Shown here: positions 13,701 to 28,369 of the stretch, piece by piece
Layout of the letters: every line of letters starts with the position of its first letter
Numbering within the stretch: position 1 is the first letter of the stretch
Origin: Eledone cirrhosa
Lineage: Eukaryota
DNA length: 64,000 nucleotides
Direction: 5' to 3'
NCBI GenBank assembly: GCA_964016885.1
Contig: OZ024742.1
Span: forward strand, 342,426,001 to 342,490,000
Made by a program: the position numbers and the translations under genes
The notes under the pieces: generated by a model
Seen by the model: only the letters and a program-made list of their open reading frames with translations
Told to the model about the DNA's origin: nothing
Databases searched by the model: none

Positions 13701-15400
13701 GAAGTATGTGATCTACAGTGGTATGAAGTATGTGATCTACAGTGGTATGAAGTGTGTGATCTACAGTGGTATGAAGAATGTGATCTACAGTGGTATGAAG
13801 TATGTGATCTACAGTGGTATGAAGTATGTGATCTACAGTGGTATGAATTATGTGATCTCCAGTGGTATGAAATATGTCAGCTCCAGTGGTATGAAGTATG
13901 TGATCTACAGTGGTATGAAGTATGTGATCTACAGTGGTATGAAGTATGTGATCTCCAGTGGTATGAAGTATGTGATCTCCAGTGGTATGAAGTATGTGAT
14001 CTACAGTGGTATGAAGTATGTGATCTCCAGTGGTATGAAGTATGTGATCTACAGTGGTATGAAGTATGTGATCTACAGTGGTATGAAGTATGTCAGCTCC
14101 AGTGGTATGATGTATGTGATCTCCAGTGGTATGAAGTATGTGATCAACAGTGGTATGAAGTATGTGATCTCCTGTGGTATGAAGTATGTGATCTCCTGTG
14201 GTATGAAGTATGTGATCTCCAGTGGTATGAAGTATGTGATCTACAGTGGTATGAAGTATGTGATGTCCAGTGGTATGAAGTATGTGATCTACAGTGGTAT
14301 GAAGTATGTCAGCTCCAGTGGTATGAAGTATGTGATCTCCAGTGGTATGAAGTATGTGATCTCCAGTGGTATGAAGTATGTGATCTCCTGTGGTATGAAG
14401 TATGTGATCTCCAGTGGTATGAAATATGTGATCTCCAGTGGTATGAAGTATGTGATATCCTGTGGTATGAAGTATGTGATCTACAGTGGTATGAAGTATG
14501 TGATCTCCAGTGGTATGAAGTATGTGATCTCCAGTGGTATGAAGTATGTGATCTACAGTGGTATGAAGTATGTGATCTACAGTGGTATGAAGTATGTGAT
14601 ATCCTGTGGTATGAAGTATGTGATCTCCAGTGGTATGAAGTATGTCAGCTCCACTGGTATGAAGTATGTGATCTACAGTGGTATGAAGTATGTGATATCC
14701 TGTGGTATGAAGTATGTGATGTCCAGTGGTATGAAGTATGTGATCTCCAGTGGTATGAAGTATGTCAGCTCCAGTGGTATGAAGTATGTCAGCTCCAGTG
14801 GTATGAAGTATGTGATATCCTGTGGTATGAAGTATGTGATCTCCAGTGGTATGAAGTATGTGATCTACAGTGGTATGAAGTATGTGATCTACAGTGGTAT
14901 GAAGTATGTCAGCTCCAGTGGTATGAAGTATGTGATCTCCAGTGGTATGAAGTATGTGATCTACAGTGGTATGAAGTATGTGATCTACAGTGGTATGAAG
15001 TATGTGATATCCTGTGGTATGAAGTATGTGATCTACAGTGGTATGAAGTATGTGATCTACAGTGGTATGAAGTATGTCATATCCTGTGGTATGAAGTATG
15101 TGATCTACAGTGGTATGAAGTATGTGATATCCTGTTGTATTAAGTATGTGATCTCCAGTGGTATGAAGTATGTGATATCCTGTGGTATGAAGTATGTGAT
15201 CTCCAGTGATATGGTATGTGATCTACAGTGGTATGAAGTATGTGATCTCCAGTGGTATGAAGTATGTGATCTACAGCGGTATGAAGTATGTGATATGCAG
15301 TGGTATGAAGTATGTCAGCTCTAGTGGTATGAACTATGTGATCTACAGTGGTATGAAGTATGTCAGCTCCAGTGGTATGAAGTATGTGATATCCTGTGGT
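10713..15400. repeat. Copy of the block at about 1-4740, offset 10712 bp (10664 after loss of two monomers near 13450)
   Basis: ORF pairs 16/10728, 82/10794, 637/11349 and 2480/13192 are offset by 10712. Pairs 3088/13752 and 4542/15206 are offset by 10664. Private variants ACGAAG (301, 11013) and GTTATCTCCAGTGGCATG are shared. Confidence 0.9.
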
Positions 15401-18400
15401 ATGAAGTATGTGATCTACAGTGGTATGAAGTATGTCAGCTCCATTGGTATGAAGTATGTGATCTCCAGTGGTATGAAGTATGTGATCTCCTGTGTTATGA
15501 AATATGTGATCTACAGTGGTATGAAGTATGTGATCTACAGTGGTATGAAGTATGTGATATCCAGTGGTATGAAGTATGTGATCTCCAGTGGTATGAAGTA
15601 TGTAATCTCCAGTGGTATGAAGTATGTGATCTCCAGTGGTATGATGTATGTGATCTACAGTGGTATGAAGTATGTGATCTCCAGTGGTATGAAGTATGTG
15701 ATCTCCAGTGGTATGAAGTATGTGATCTCCAGTGGTATGAAGTATGTGATCTCCAGTGGTATGAAGTATGTGATCTTCAGTGGTATGAAGTATGTGATCT
15801 ACAGTGGTATGAAGTATGTGATCTACAGTGGTATGAAGTGTGTGATCTACAGTGGTATGAAGAATGTGATCTACAGTGGTATGAAGTATGTGATCTACAG
15901 TGGTATGAAGTATGTGATCTACAGTGGTATGAATTATGTGATCTCCAGTGGTATGAAATATGTCAGCTCCAGTGGTATGAAGTATGTGATCTACAGTGGT
16001 ATGAAGTATGTGATCTACAGTGGTATGAAGTATGTGATCTCCAGTGGTATGAAGTATGTGATCTCCAGTGGTATGAAGTATGTGATCTACAGTGGTGTGA
16101 AGTATGTGATCTCCAGTGGTATGAAGTATGTTATCTACAGTGGTATGAAGTATGTGATCTACAGTGGTATGAAGTATGTCAGCTCCAGTGGTATGATGTA
16201 TGTGATCTCCAGTGGTATGAAGTATGTGATCAACAGTGGTATGAAGTATGTGATCTCCTGTGGTATGAAGTATGTGATCTCCTGTGGTATGAAGTATGTG
16301 ATCTCCAGTGGTATGAAGTATGTGATCTACAGTGGTATGAAGTATGTGATGTCCAGTGGTATGAAGTATGTGATCTACAGTGGTATGAAGTATATCAGCT
16401 CCAGTGGTATGAAGTATGTGATCTCCAGTGGTATGAAGTATATGATCTCCAGTGGTATGAAGTATGTGATCTCCTGTGGTATGAAGTATGTGATCTCCAG
16501 TGGTATGAAATATGTGATCTCCAGTGGTATGAAGTATGTGATATCCTGTGGTATGAAGTATGTGATCTACAGTGGTATGAAGTATGTGATCTCCAGTGGT
16601 ATGAAGTATGTGATCTCCAGTGGTATGAAGTATGTGATCTACAGTGGTATGAAGTATGTGATCTACAGTGGTATGAAGTATGTGATATCCTGTGGTATGA
16701 AGTATGTGATCTCCAGTGGTATGAAGTATGTCAGCTCCACTGGTATGAAGTATGTGATCTACAGTGGTATGAAGTATGTGATATCCTGTGGTATGAAGTA
16801 TGTGATGTCCAGTGGTATGAAGTATGTGATATCCAGTGGTATGAAGTATGTCAGCTCCAGTGGTATGAAGTATGTCAGCTCCAGTGGTATGAAGTATGTC
16901 AGCTCCTGTGGTATGAAGTATGTGATCTCCAGTGGTATGAAGTATGTCAGCTCCAGTGGTATGAAGTATGTTAGCTCCAGTGGTATGAAGTATGTGATAT
17001 CCTGTGGTATGAAGTATGTGATCTCCAGTGGTATGAAGTATGTGATCTACAGTGGTATGAAGTATGTGATCTACAGTGGTATGAAGTATGTCAGCTCCAG
17101 TGGTATGAAGTATGTGATCTCCAGAGGTGTGAAGTATGTGATCTACAGTGGTATGAAGTATGTGATCTACAGTGGTATGAAGTATGTGATCTACAGTGGT
17201 ATGATGTATGTCAGCTCCAGTGGTATGAAGTATGTGATCTCCAGTGGTATGAAGTATGTGATCTACAGTGGTATGAAGTATGTGATCTACAGTGGTATGA
17301 AGTATGTGATCTACAGTGGTATGAAGTATGTCAGCTCCAGTGGTATGAAGTCTGTGATCTCCAGTGGTATGAAGTATGTGATCTACAGTGGTATGAAGTA
17401 TATGATGTCCAGTGGTATGAAGTATGTGATCTCCAGTGGTATGAAGTATGTGATCTACAGTGGTATGAAGTATGTGATCTACAGTGGTATGAAGTATGTC
17501 ATATCCTGTGGTATGAAGTATGTGATCTACAGTGGTATGAAGTATGTGATATCCTGTTGTATTAAGTATGTGATCTCCAGTGGTATGAAGTATGTGATAT
17601 CCTGTGGTATGAAGTATGTGATCTCCAGTGGTATGGTATGTGATCTACAGTGGTATGAAGTATGTGATCTCCAGTGGTATGAAGTATGTGATCTACAGCG
17701 GTATGAAGTATGTGATATGCAGTGGTATGAAGTATGTCAGCTCTAGTGGTATGAAGTATGTGATCTACAGTGGTATGAAGTATGTCAGCTCCAGTGGTAT
17801 GAAGTATGTGATCTCCAGTGGTATGAAGTATGTGATCTCCTGTGTTATGAAATATGTGATCTAGAGTGGTATGAAGTATGTGATCTACAGTGGTATGAAG
17901 TATGTGATATCCTGTGGTATGAAGTATGTGATGTACAGTGGTATGTAGTATGTCAGCTCCAGTGGTATGAAGTATGTGATCTCCAGTGGTATGAAGTATG
18001 TGATCTACAGTGGTATGAAGTATGTAATCTCCTGTGGTATGAAGTATGTGATCTACAGTGGTATGAAGTATGTGATCTACAGTGGTATGAAGCAAGTGAT
18101 ATCCTGTGGTATGAAGTATGTGATCTCCAGTGGTATGAAGTATGTGATCTCCAGTGGTATGAAGTATGTGATATCCTGTGGTATGAAGTATGTGATCTCC
18201 AGTGGTATGAAGTATGTGATCTACAGTGGTATGAAGTATGTGATCTCCTGTGGTATGAAGTATGTGATCTACAGTGGTATGAAGTATGTGATCTCCAGTG
18301 GTATGAAGTATGTGATCTCCTGTGGTATGAAGTATGTGGTCTACAGTGGTATGAAGTATGTCAGCTCAAGTGGTATGAAGTATGTGATCTACAGTGGTAT

Positions 18401-18849
18401 GAAGTATGTGATATCCTGTGGTATGAAGTATGTGATATCCTGTGGTATGAAGTATGTGATCTACAGTGGTATGAAGTATGTGATCTACAGTGGTATGAAG
18501 TATGTGATCTCCAGTGGTATGAAGTATGTGATCTCCAGTGGTATGAAATATGTGATCTACAGTGGTATGAAGTATGTGATCTACAGTGGTATGAAGTATG
18601 TGATCTACCGTGGTATGAAGTATGTGATCTCCAGTGGTATGAAAGTATGTGATCTTCAGTGGTATGAAGTATGTGATCTACAGTGGTATGAAGTATGTGA
18701 TCTACAGTGATATGAAGTATGTGATCTACAGTGGTATGAAGTATGTGATATCCTGTGGTATGAAGTATGTGATCTCCATTGTTATGAAGTATGTGATCTC
18801 CAGTGGTATGAAGTATGTGATCTCCAGTGGTATGAAGTATGTGATCTAC

Positions 18850-21800
18850 AGTGGTATGAAGTATGTGATCTACAGTGGTATGAAGTATGTGATCTACAGT
18901 GGTATGAAGTATGTGATCTACAGTGGTATGAAGTATGTGATCTACAGTGGTATGAAGTATGTGATATCCTGTGGTATGAAGTATATGATCTCCATTGGTA
19001 TGAAGTATGTGATTTCCAGTGGTATGAAGTATGTGATCTACAGTGGTATGAAGTATGTGATCTCCAGTGGTATGAAGTATGTGATCTACAGTGGTATGAA
19101 GTATGTGATCTCCAGTGGTATGAAGTATGTGATCTCCAGTGGTATGAAGTATGTGATCTACAGTGGTATGAAGTATGTGATCTACAGTGGTATGAAGTAT
19201 GTGATATCCTGTGGTATGAAGTATGTGATCTCCAGTGGTATGAAGTATGTCAGCTCCACTGGTATGAAGTATGTGATCTACAGTGGTATGAAGTATGTGA
19301 TATCCTGTGGTATGAAGTATGTGATGTCCAGTGGTATGAAGTATGTGATCTCCAGTGGTATGAAGTATGTCAGCTCCAGTGGTATGAAGTATGTCAGCTC
19401 CAGTGGTATGAAGTATGTCAGCTCCTGTGGTATGAAGTATGTGATCTCCAGTGGTATGAAGTATGTCAGCTCCAGTGGTATGAAGTATGTGATCTCCAGT
19501 GGTATGAAATATGTGATCTCCAGTGGTATGAAGTATGTGATATCCTGTGGTATGAAGTATGTGATCTACAGTGGTATGAAGTATGTGATCTCCAGTGGTA
19601 TGAAGTATGTGATCTCCAGTGGTATGAAGTATGTGATCTACAGTGGTATGAAGTATGTGATCTACAGTGGTATGAAGTATGTGATATCCTGTGGTATGAA
19701 GTATGTGATCTCCAGTGGTATGAAGTATGTCAGCTCCACTGGTATGAAGTATGTGATCTACAGTGGTATGAAGTATGTGATATCCTGTGGTATGAAGTAT
19801 GTGATGTCCAGTCGTATGAAGTATGTGATCTCCAGTGGTATGAAGTATGTCAGCTCCAGTGGTATGAAGTATGTCAGCTCCAGTGGTATGAAGTATGTCA
19901 GCTCCTGTGGTATGAAGTATGTGATCTCCAGTGGTATGAAGTATGTCAGCTCCAGTGGTATGAAGTATGTTAGCTCCAGTGGTATGAAGTATGTGATATC
20001 CTGTGGTATGAAGTATGTGATCTCCAGTGGTATGAAGTATGTGATCTACAGTGGTATGAAGTATGTGATCTACAGTGGTATGAAGTATGTCAGCTCCAGT
20101 GGTATGAAGTATGTGATCTCCAGTGGTGTGAAGTATGTGATCTACAGTGGTATGAAGTATGTGATCTACAGTGGTATGAAGTATGTCATATCCTGTGGTA
20201 TGAAGTATGTGATCTACAGTGGTATGAAGTATGTGATATCCTGTTGTATTAAGTATGTGATCTCCAGTGGTATGAAGTATGTGATATCCTGTGGTATGAA
20301 GTATGTGATCTCCAGTGATATGGTATGTGATCTACAGTGGTATGAAGTATGTGATCTCCAGTGGTATGAAGTATGTGATCTACAGCGGTATGAAGTATGT
20401 GATATGCAGTGGTATGAAGTATGTCAGCTCTAGTGGTATGAACTATGTGATCTACAGTGGTATGAAGTATGTCAGCTCCAGTGGTATGAAGTATGTGATA
20501 TCCTGTGGTATGAAGTATGTGATCTACAGTGGTATGAAGTATGTCAGCTCCAGTGGTATGAAGTATGTGATCTCCAGTGGTATGAAGTATGTGATCTCCT
20601 GTGTTATGAAATATGTGATCTACAGTGGTATGAAGTATGTGATCTACAGTGGTATGAAGTATGTGATATCCAGTGGTATGAAGTATGTGATCTCCAGTGG
20701 TATGAAGTATGTAATCTCCAGTGGTATGAAGTATGTGATATCCTGTGGTATGAAGTATGTGATCTCCTGTGGTATGAGGCATGTGATCTACAGTGGTATG
20801 AAGTATGTGATCTCCAGTGGTATGAAGTATGTGATCTCCAGTGGTATGAAGTATGTGATCTAAAGTGGTATGAAGTATGTGATCTCCAGTGGTATGAAGT
20901 ATGTGATCTCCAGTGGTATGAAGTATGTGTTCTCCAGTGGTATGATGTATGTGATCTACAGTGGTATGAAGTATGTGATCTCCAGTGGTATGAAGTATGT
21001 GATCTCCAGTGGTATGAAGTATGTGATCTCCAGTGGTATGAAGTATGTGATCTTCAGTGGTATGAAGTATGTGATCTACAGTGGTATGAAGTATGTGATC
21101 TACAGTGGTATGAAGTGTGTGATCTACAGTGGTATGAAGAATGTGATCTACAGTGGTATGAAGTATGTGATCTACAGTGGTATGAAGTATGTGATCTACA
21201 GTGGTATGAATTATGTGATCTCCAGTGGTATGAAATATGTCAGTTCCAGTGGTATGAAGTATGTGATCTACAGTAGTATGAAGTATGTGATCTACAGTGG
21301 TATGAAGTATGTGATCTCCAGTGGTATGAAGTATGTGATCTCCAGTGGTATGAAGTATGTGATCTACAGTGGTATGAAGTATGTGATCTCCAGTGGTATG
21401 AAGTATGTGATCTACAGTGGTATGAAGTATGTGATCTACAGTGGTATGAAGTATGTCAGCTCCAGTGGTATGATGTATGTGATCTGCAGTGGTATGAAGT
21501 ATGTGATCAACAGTGGTATGAAGTATGTGATCTCCTGTGGTATGAAGTATGTGATCTCCTGTGGTATGAAGTATGTGATCTCCAGTGGTATGAAGTATGT
21601 GATCTACAGTGGTATGAAGTATGTGATGTCCAGTGGTATGAAGTATGTGATCTACAGTGGTATGAAGTATGTCAGCTCCAGTGGTATGAAGTATGTGATC
21701 TCCAGTGGTATGAAGTATGTGATCTCCAGTGGTATGAAGTATGTGATCTCCTGTGGTATGAAGTATGTGATCTCCAGTGGTATGAAATATGTGATCTCCA

Positions 21801-24510
21801 GTGGTATGAAGTATGTGATATCCTGTGGTATGAAGTATGTGATCTACAGTGGTATGAAGTATGTGATCTCCAGTGGTATGAAGTATGTGATCTCCAGTGG
21901 TATGAAGTATGTGATCTACAGTGGTATGAAGTATGTGATCTACAGTGGTATGAAATATGTGATATCCTGTGGTATGAAGTATGTGATCTCCAGTGGTATG
22001 AAGTATGTCAGCTCCACTGGTATGAAGTATGTGATCTACAGTGGTATGAAGTATGTGATATCCTGTGGTATGAAGTATGTGATGTCCAGTCGTATGAAGT
22101 ATGTGATCTCCAGTGGTATGAAGTATGTCAGCTCCAGTGGTATGAAGTATGTCAGCTCCAGTGGTATGAAGTATGTCAGCTCCTGTGGTATGAAGTATGT
22201 GATCTCCAGTGGTATGAAGTATGTCAGCTCCAGTGGTATGAAGTATGTTAGCTCCAGTGGTATGAAGTATGTGATATCCTGTGGTATGAAGTATGTGATC
22301 TCCAGTGGTATGAAGTATGTGATCTACAGTGGTATGAAGTATGTGATCTACAGTGGTATGAAGTATGTCCGCTCCAGTGGTATGAAGTATGTGATCTCCA
22401 GTGGTGTGAAGTATGTGATCTACAGTGGTATGAAGTATGTGATCTACAGTGGTATGAAGTATGTCATATCCTGTGGTATGAAGTATGTGATCTACAGTGG
22501 TATGAAGTATGTGATCTACAGTGGTATGAAGTATGTGATCTACAGTGGTATGAAGTATGTGATCTACAGTGGTATGAAGTATGTGATCTACAGTGGTATG
22601 AAGTATGTGATATCCTGTGGTATGAAGTATATGATCTCCATTGGTATGAAGTATGTGATTTCCAGTGGTATGAAGTATGTGATCTACAGTGGTATGAAGT
22701 ATGTGATCTCCAGTGGTATGAAGTATGTGATCTACAGTGGTATGAAGTATGTGATCTCCAGTGGTATGAAGTATGTGATCTACAGTGGTATGAAGTATGT
22801 GATCTACAGTGGTATGAAGTATGTGATATCCTGTGGTATGAAGTATGTGATCTCCAGTGGTATGAAGTATGTCAGCTCCACTGGTATGAAGTATGTGATC
22901 TACAGTGGTATGAAGTATGTGATATCCTGTGGTATGAAGTATGTGATGTCCAGTGGTATGAAGTATGTGATCTCCAGTGGTATGAAGTATGTCAGCTCCA
23001 GTGGTATGAAGTATGTCAGCTCCAGTGGTATGAAGTATGTCAGCTCCTGTGGTATGAAGTATGTGATCTCCAGTGGTATGAAGTATGTCAGCTCCAGTGG
23101 TATGAAGTATGTGATCTCCAGTGGTATGAAATATGTGATCTCCAGTGGTATGAAGTATGTGATATCCTGTGGTATGAAGTATGTGATCTACAGTGGTATG
23201 AAGTATGTGATCTCCAGTGGTATGAAGTATGTGATCTCCAGTGGTATGAAGTATGTGATCTACAGTGGTATGAAGTATGTGATCTACAGTGGTATGAAGT
23301 ATGTGATATCCTGTGGTATGAAGTATGTGATCTCCAGTGGTATGAAGTATGTCAGCTCCACTGGTATGAAGTATGTGATCTACAGTGGTATGAAGTATGT
23401 GATATCCTGTGGTATGAAGTATGTGATGTCCAGTCGTATGAAGTATGTGATCTCCAGTGGTATGAAGTATGTCAGCTCCAGTGGTATGAAGTATGTCAGC
23501 TCCAGTGGTATGAAGTATGTCAGCTCCTGTGGTATGAAGTATGTGATCTCCAGTGGTATGAAGTATGTCAGCTCCAGTGGTATGAAGTATGTTAGCTCCA
23601 GTGGTATGAAGTATGTGATATCCTGTGGTATGAAGTATGTGATCTCCAGTGGTATGAAGTATGTGATCTACAGTGGTATGAAGTATGTGATCTACAGTGG
23701 GATGAAGTATGTCAGCTCCAGTGGTATGAAGTATGTGATCTCCAGTGGTGTGAAGTATGTGATCTACAGTGGTATGAAGTATGTGATCTACAGTGGTATG
23801 AAGTATGTCATATCCTGTGGTATGAAGTATGTGATCTACAGTGGTATGAAGTATGTGATATCCTGTTGTATTAAGTATGTGATCTCCAGTGGTATGAAGT
23901 ATTTGATATCCTGTGGTATGAAGTATATGATCTCCAGTGATATGGTATGTGATCTACAGTGGTATGAAGTATGTGATCTCCAGTGGTATGAAGTATGTGA
24001 TCTACAGCGGTATGAAGTATGTGATATGCAGTGGTATGAAGTATGTCAGCTCTAGTGGTATGAACTATGTGATCTACAGTGGTATGAAGTATGTCAGCTC
24101 CAGTGGTATGAAGTATGTGATATCCTGTGGTATGAAGTATGTGATCTACAGTGGTATGAAGTATGTCAGCTCCAGTGGTATGAAGTATGTGATCTCCAGT
24201 GGTATGAAGTATGTGATCTCCTGTGTTATGAAATATGTGATCTACAGTGGTATGAAGTATGTGATCTACAGTGGTATGAAGTATGTGATATCCAGTGGTA
24301 TGAAGTATGTGATCTCCAGTGGTATGAAGTATGTAATCTCCAGTGGTATGAAGTATGTGATATCCTGTGGTATGAAGTATGTGATCTCCTGTGGTATGAG
24401 GCATGTGATCTACAGTGGTATGAAATATGTGATCTCCAGTGGTATGAAGTATGTGATCTCCAGTGGTATGAAGTATGTGATCTAAAGTGGTATGAAGTAT
24501 GTGATCTCCA
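18850..24510. repeat. Partial duplication with offset about 3.6 kb (3622 bp at the landmark), each copy containing a nested 480-bp duplication
   Basis: ORF pairs 20249/23871, 20315/23937 and 20870/24492 are offset by 3622. Paired CCACT monomers lie 480 bp apart at about 19256/19736 and 22878/23358. Confidence 0.8.
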
Positions 24511-27500
24511 GTGGTATGAAGTATGTGATCTACAGTGGTATGAAGTATGTGATCTACAGTGGTATGAAGTATGTGATCTCCAGTGGTATGAAGTATGTGA
24601 TCTCCAGTGGTATGAAGTATGTGATATCCTGTGGTATGAAGTATGTGATCTCCTGTGGTATGAGGTATGTGATCTACAGTGGTATGAAGTATTTGATCTC
24701 CAGTGGTATGAAGTATGTGTTCTCCAGTGGTATGATGTATGTGATCTACAGTGGTATGAAGTATGTGATCTCCAGTGGTATGAAGTATGTGATCTCCAGT
24801 GGTATGAAGTATGTGATCTCCAGTGGTATGAAGTATGTGATCTTCAGTGGTATGAAGTATGTGATCTACAGTGGTATGAAGTATGTGATCTACAGTGGTA
24901 TGAAGTGTGTGATCTACAGTGGTATGAAGAATGTGATCTACAGTGGTATGAAGTATGTGATCTACAGTGGTATGAAGTATGTGATCTACAGTGGTATGAA
25001 TTATGTGATCTCCAGTGGTATGAAATATGTCAGCTCCAGTGGTATGAAGTATGTGATCTACAGTGGTATGAAGTATGTGATCTACAGTGGTATGAAGTAT
25101 GTGATCTCCAGTGGTATGAAGTATGTGATCTCCAGTGGTATGAAGTATGTGATCTACAGTGGTATGAAGTATGTGATCTCCAGTGGTATGAAGTATGTGA
25201 TCTACAGTGGTATGAAGTATGTGATCTACAGTGGTATGAAGTATGTCAGCTCCAGTGGTATGATGTATGTGATCTCCAGTGGTATGAAGTATGTGATCAA
25301 CAGTGGTATGAAGTATGTGATCTCCTGTGGTATGAAGTATGTGATCTCCTGTGGTATGAAGTATGTGATCTCCAGTGGTATGAAGTATGTGATCTACAGT
25401 GGTATGAAGTATGTGATGTCCAGTGGTATGAAGTATGTGATCTACAGTGGTATGAAGTATGTCAGCTCCAGTGGTATGAAGTATGTGATCTCCAGTGGTA
25501 TGAAGTATGTGATCTCCAGTGGTATGAAGTATGTGATCTCCTGTGGTATGAAGTATGTGATCTCCAGTGGTATGAAATATGTGATCTCCAGTTGTATGAA
25601 GTATGTGATATCCTGTGGTATGAAGTATGTGATCTACAGTGGTATGAAGTATGTGATCTCCAGTGGTATGAAGTATGTGATCTCCAGTGGTATGAAGTAT
25701 GTGATCTACAGTGGTATGAAGTATGTGATCTACAGTGGTATGAAATATGTGATATCCTGTGGTATGAAGTATGTGATCTCCAGTGGTATGAAGTATGTCA
25801 GCTCCACTGGTATGAAGTATGTGATCTACAGTGGTATGAAGTATGTGATATCCTGTGGTATGAAGTATGTGATGTCCAGTCGTATGAAGTATGTGATCTC
25901 CAGTGGTATGAAGTATGTGATCTACAGCGGTATGAAGTATGTGATATGCAGTGGTATGAAGTATGTTAGCTCTAGTGGTATGAACTATGTGATCTACAGT
26001 GGTATGAAGTATGTCAGCTCCAGTGGTATGAAGTATGTGATATCCTGTGGTATGAAGTATGTGATCTACAGTGGTATGAAGTATGTCAGCTCCAGTGGTA
26101 TGAAGTATGTGATCTCCAGTGGTATGAAGTATGTGATCTCCTTGTTATGAAATATGTGATCTACAGTGGTATGAAGTATGTGATCTACAGTGGTATGAAG
26201 TATGTGATATCCAGTGGTATGAAGTATGTGATCTCCAGTGGTATGAAGTATGTAATCTCCAGTGGTATGAAGTATGTGATATCCTGTGGTATGAAGTATG
26301 TGATCTCCTGTGGTATGAGGCATGTGATCTACAGTGGTATGAAGTATGTGATCTCCAGTGGTATGAAGTATGTGATCTCCAGTGGTATGAAGTATGTGAT
26401 CTAAAGTGGTATGAAGTATGTGATCTCCAGTGGTATGAAGTATGTGATCTACAGTGGTATGAAGTATGTGATCTACAGTGGTATGAAGTATGTGATCTCC
26501 AGTGGTATGAAGTATGTGATCTCCAGTGGTATGAAGTATGTGATATCCTGTGGTATGAAGTATGTGATCTCCTGTGGTATGAGGTATGTGATCTACAGTG
26601 GTATGAAGTATTTGATCTCCAGTGGTATGAAGTATGTGATCTCCAGTGGTATGATGTATGTGATCTACAGTGGTATGAAGTATGTGATCTCCAGTGGTAT
26701 GAAGTATGTGATCTCCAGTGGTATGAAGTATGTGATCTCCAGTGGTATGAAGTATGTGATCTTCAGTGGTATGAAGTATGTGATCTACAGTGGTATGAAG
26801 TATGTGATCTACAGTGGTATGAAGTGTGTGATCTACAGTGGTATGAAGAATGTGATCTACAGTGGTATGAAGTATGTGATCTACAGTGGTATGAAGTATG
26901 TGATCTACAGTGGTATGAATTATGTGATCTCCAGTGGTATGAAATATGTCAGCTCCAGTGGTATGAAGTATGTGATCTACAGTGGTATGAAGTATGTGAT
27001 CTACAGTGGTATGAAGTATGTGATCTCCAGTGGTATGAAGTATGTGATCTCCAGTGGTATGAAGTATGTGATCTACAGTGGTATGAAGTATGTGATCTCC
27101 AGTGGTATGAAGTATGTGATCTACAGTGGTATGAAGTATGTGATCTACAGTGGTATGAAGTATGTCAGCTCCAGTGGTATGATGTATGTGATCTCCAGTG
27201 GTATGAAGTATGTGATCAACAGTGGTATGAAGTATGTGATCTCCTGTGGTATGAAGTATGTGATCTCCTGTGGTATGAAGTATGTGATCTCCAGTGGTAT
27301 GAAGTATGTGATCTACAGTGGTATGAAGTATGTGATGTCCAGTGGTATGAAGTATGTGATCTACAGTGGTATGAAGTATGTCAGCTCCAGTGGTATGAAG
27401 TATGTGATCTCCAGTGGTATGAAGTATGTGATCTCCAGTGGTATGAAGTATGTGATCTCCTGTGGTATGAAGTATGTGATCTCCAGTGGTATGAAATATG

Positions 27501-28369
27501 TGATCTCCAGTGGTATGAAGTATGTGATATCCTGTGGTATCAAGTATGTGATCTCCAGTGGTATCAAGTATGTCAGCTCCACTGGTATGAAGTATGTCAG
27601 CTCCAGTGGTATGAAGTATGTCAGCTCCAGTGATATGAAGTATGTCAGCTCCTGTGGTATGAAGTATGTGATCTCCAGTGGTATGAAGTATGTCAACTCC
27701 AGTGGTATGAAGTATGTTAGCTCCAGTGGTATGAAGTATGTGATATCCTGTGGTATGAAGTATGTGATCTCCAGTGGTATGAAGTATGTGATCTACAGTG
27801 GTATGAAGAATGTGATCTACAGTGGTATGAAGTATGTCAGCTCCAGTGGTATGAAGTATGTGATCTCCAGTGGTGTGAAGTATGTGATCTACAGTGGTAT
27901 GAAGTATGTGATCTACAGTGGTATGAAGTATGTGATCTACAGTGGTATGATGTATGTCAGCTCCAGTGGTATGAAGTATGTGATCTCCAGTGGTATGAAG
28001 TATGTGATCTACAGTGGTATGAAGTATGTGATCTACAGTGGTATGAAGTATGTGATCTACAGTGGTATGAAGTATGTCAGCTCCAGTGGTATGAAGTCTG
28101 TGATCTCCAGTGGTATGAAGTATGTGATCTACAGTGGTATGAAGTATATGATGTCCAGTGGTATGAAGTATGTGATCTCCAGTGGTATGAAGTATGTGAT
28201 CTACAGTCGTATGAAGTATGTGATCTACAGTGGTATGAAGTATGTCATATCCTGTGGTATGAAGTATGTGATCTACAGTGGTATGAAGTATGTGATATCC
28301 TGTTGTATTAAGTATGTGATCTCCAGTGGTATGAAGTATGTGATATCCTGTGGTATGAAGTATGTGATC

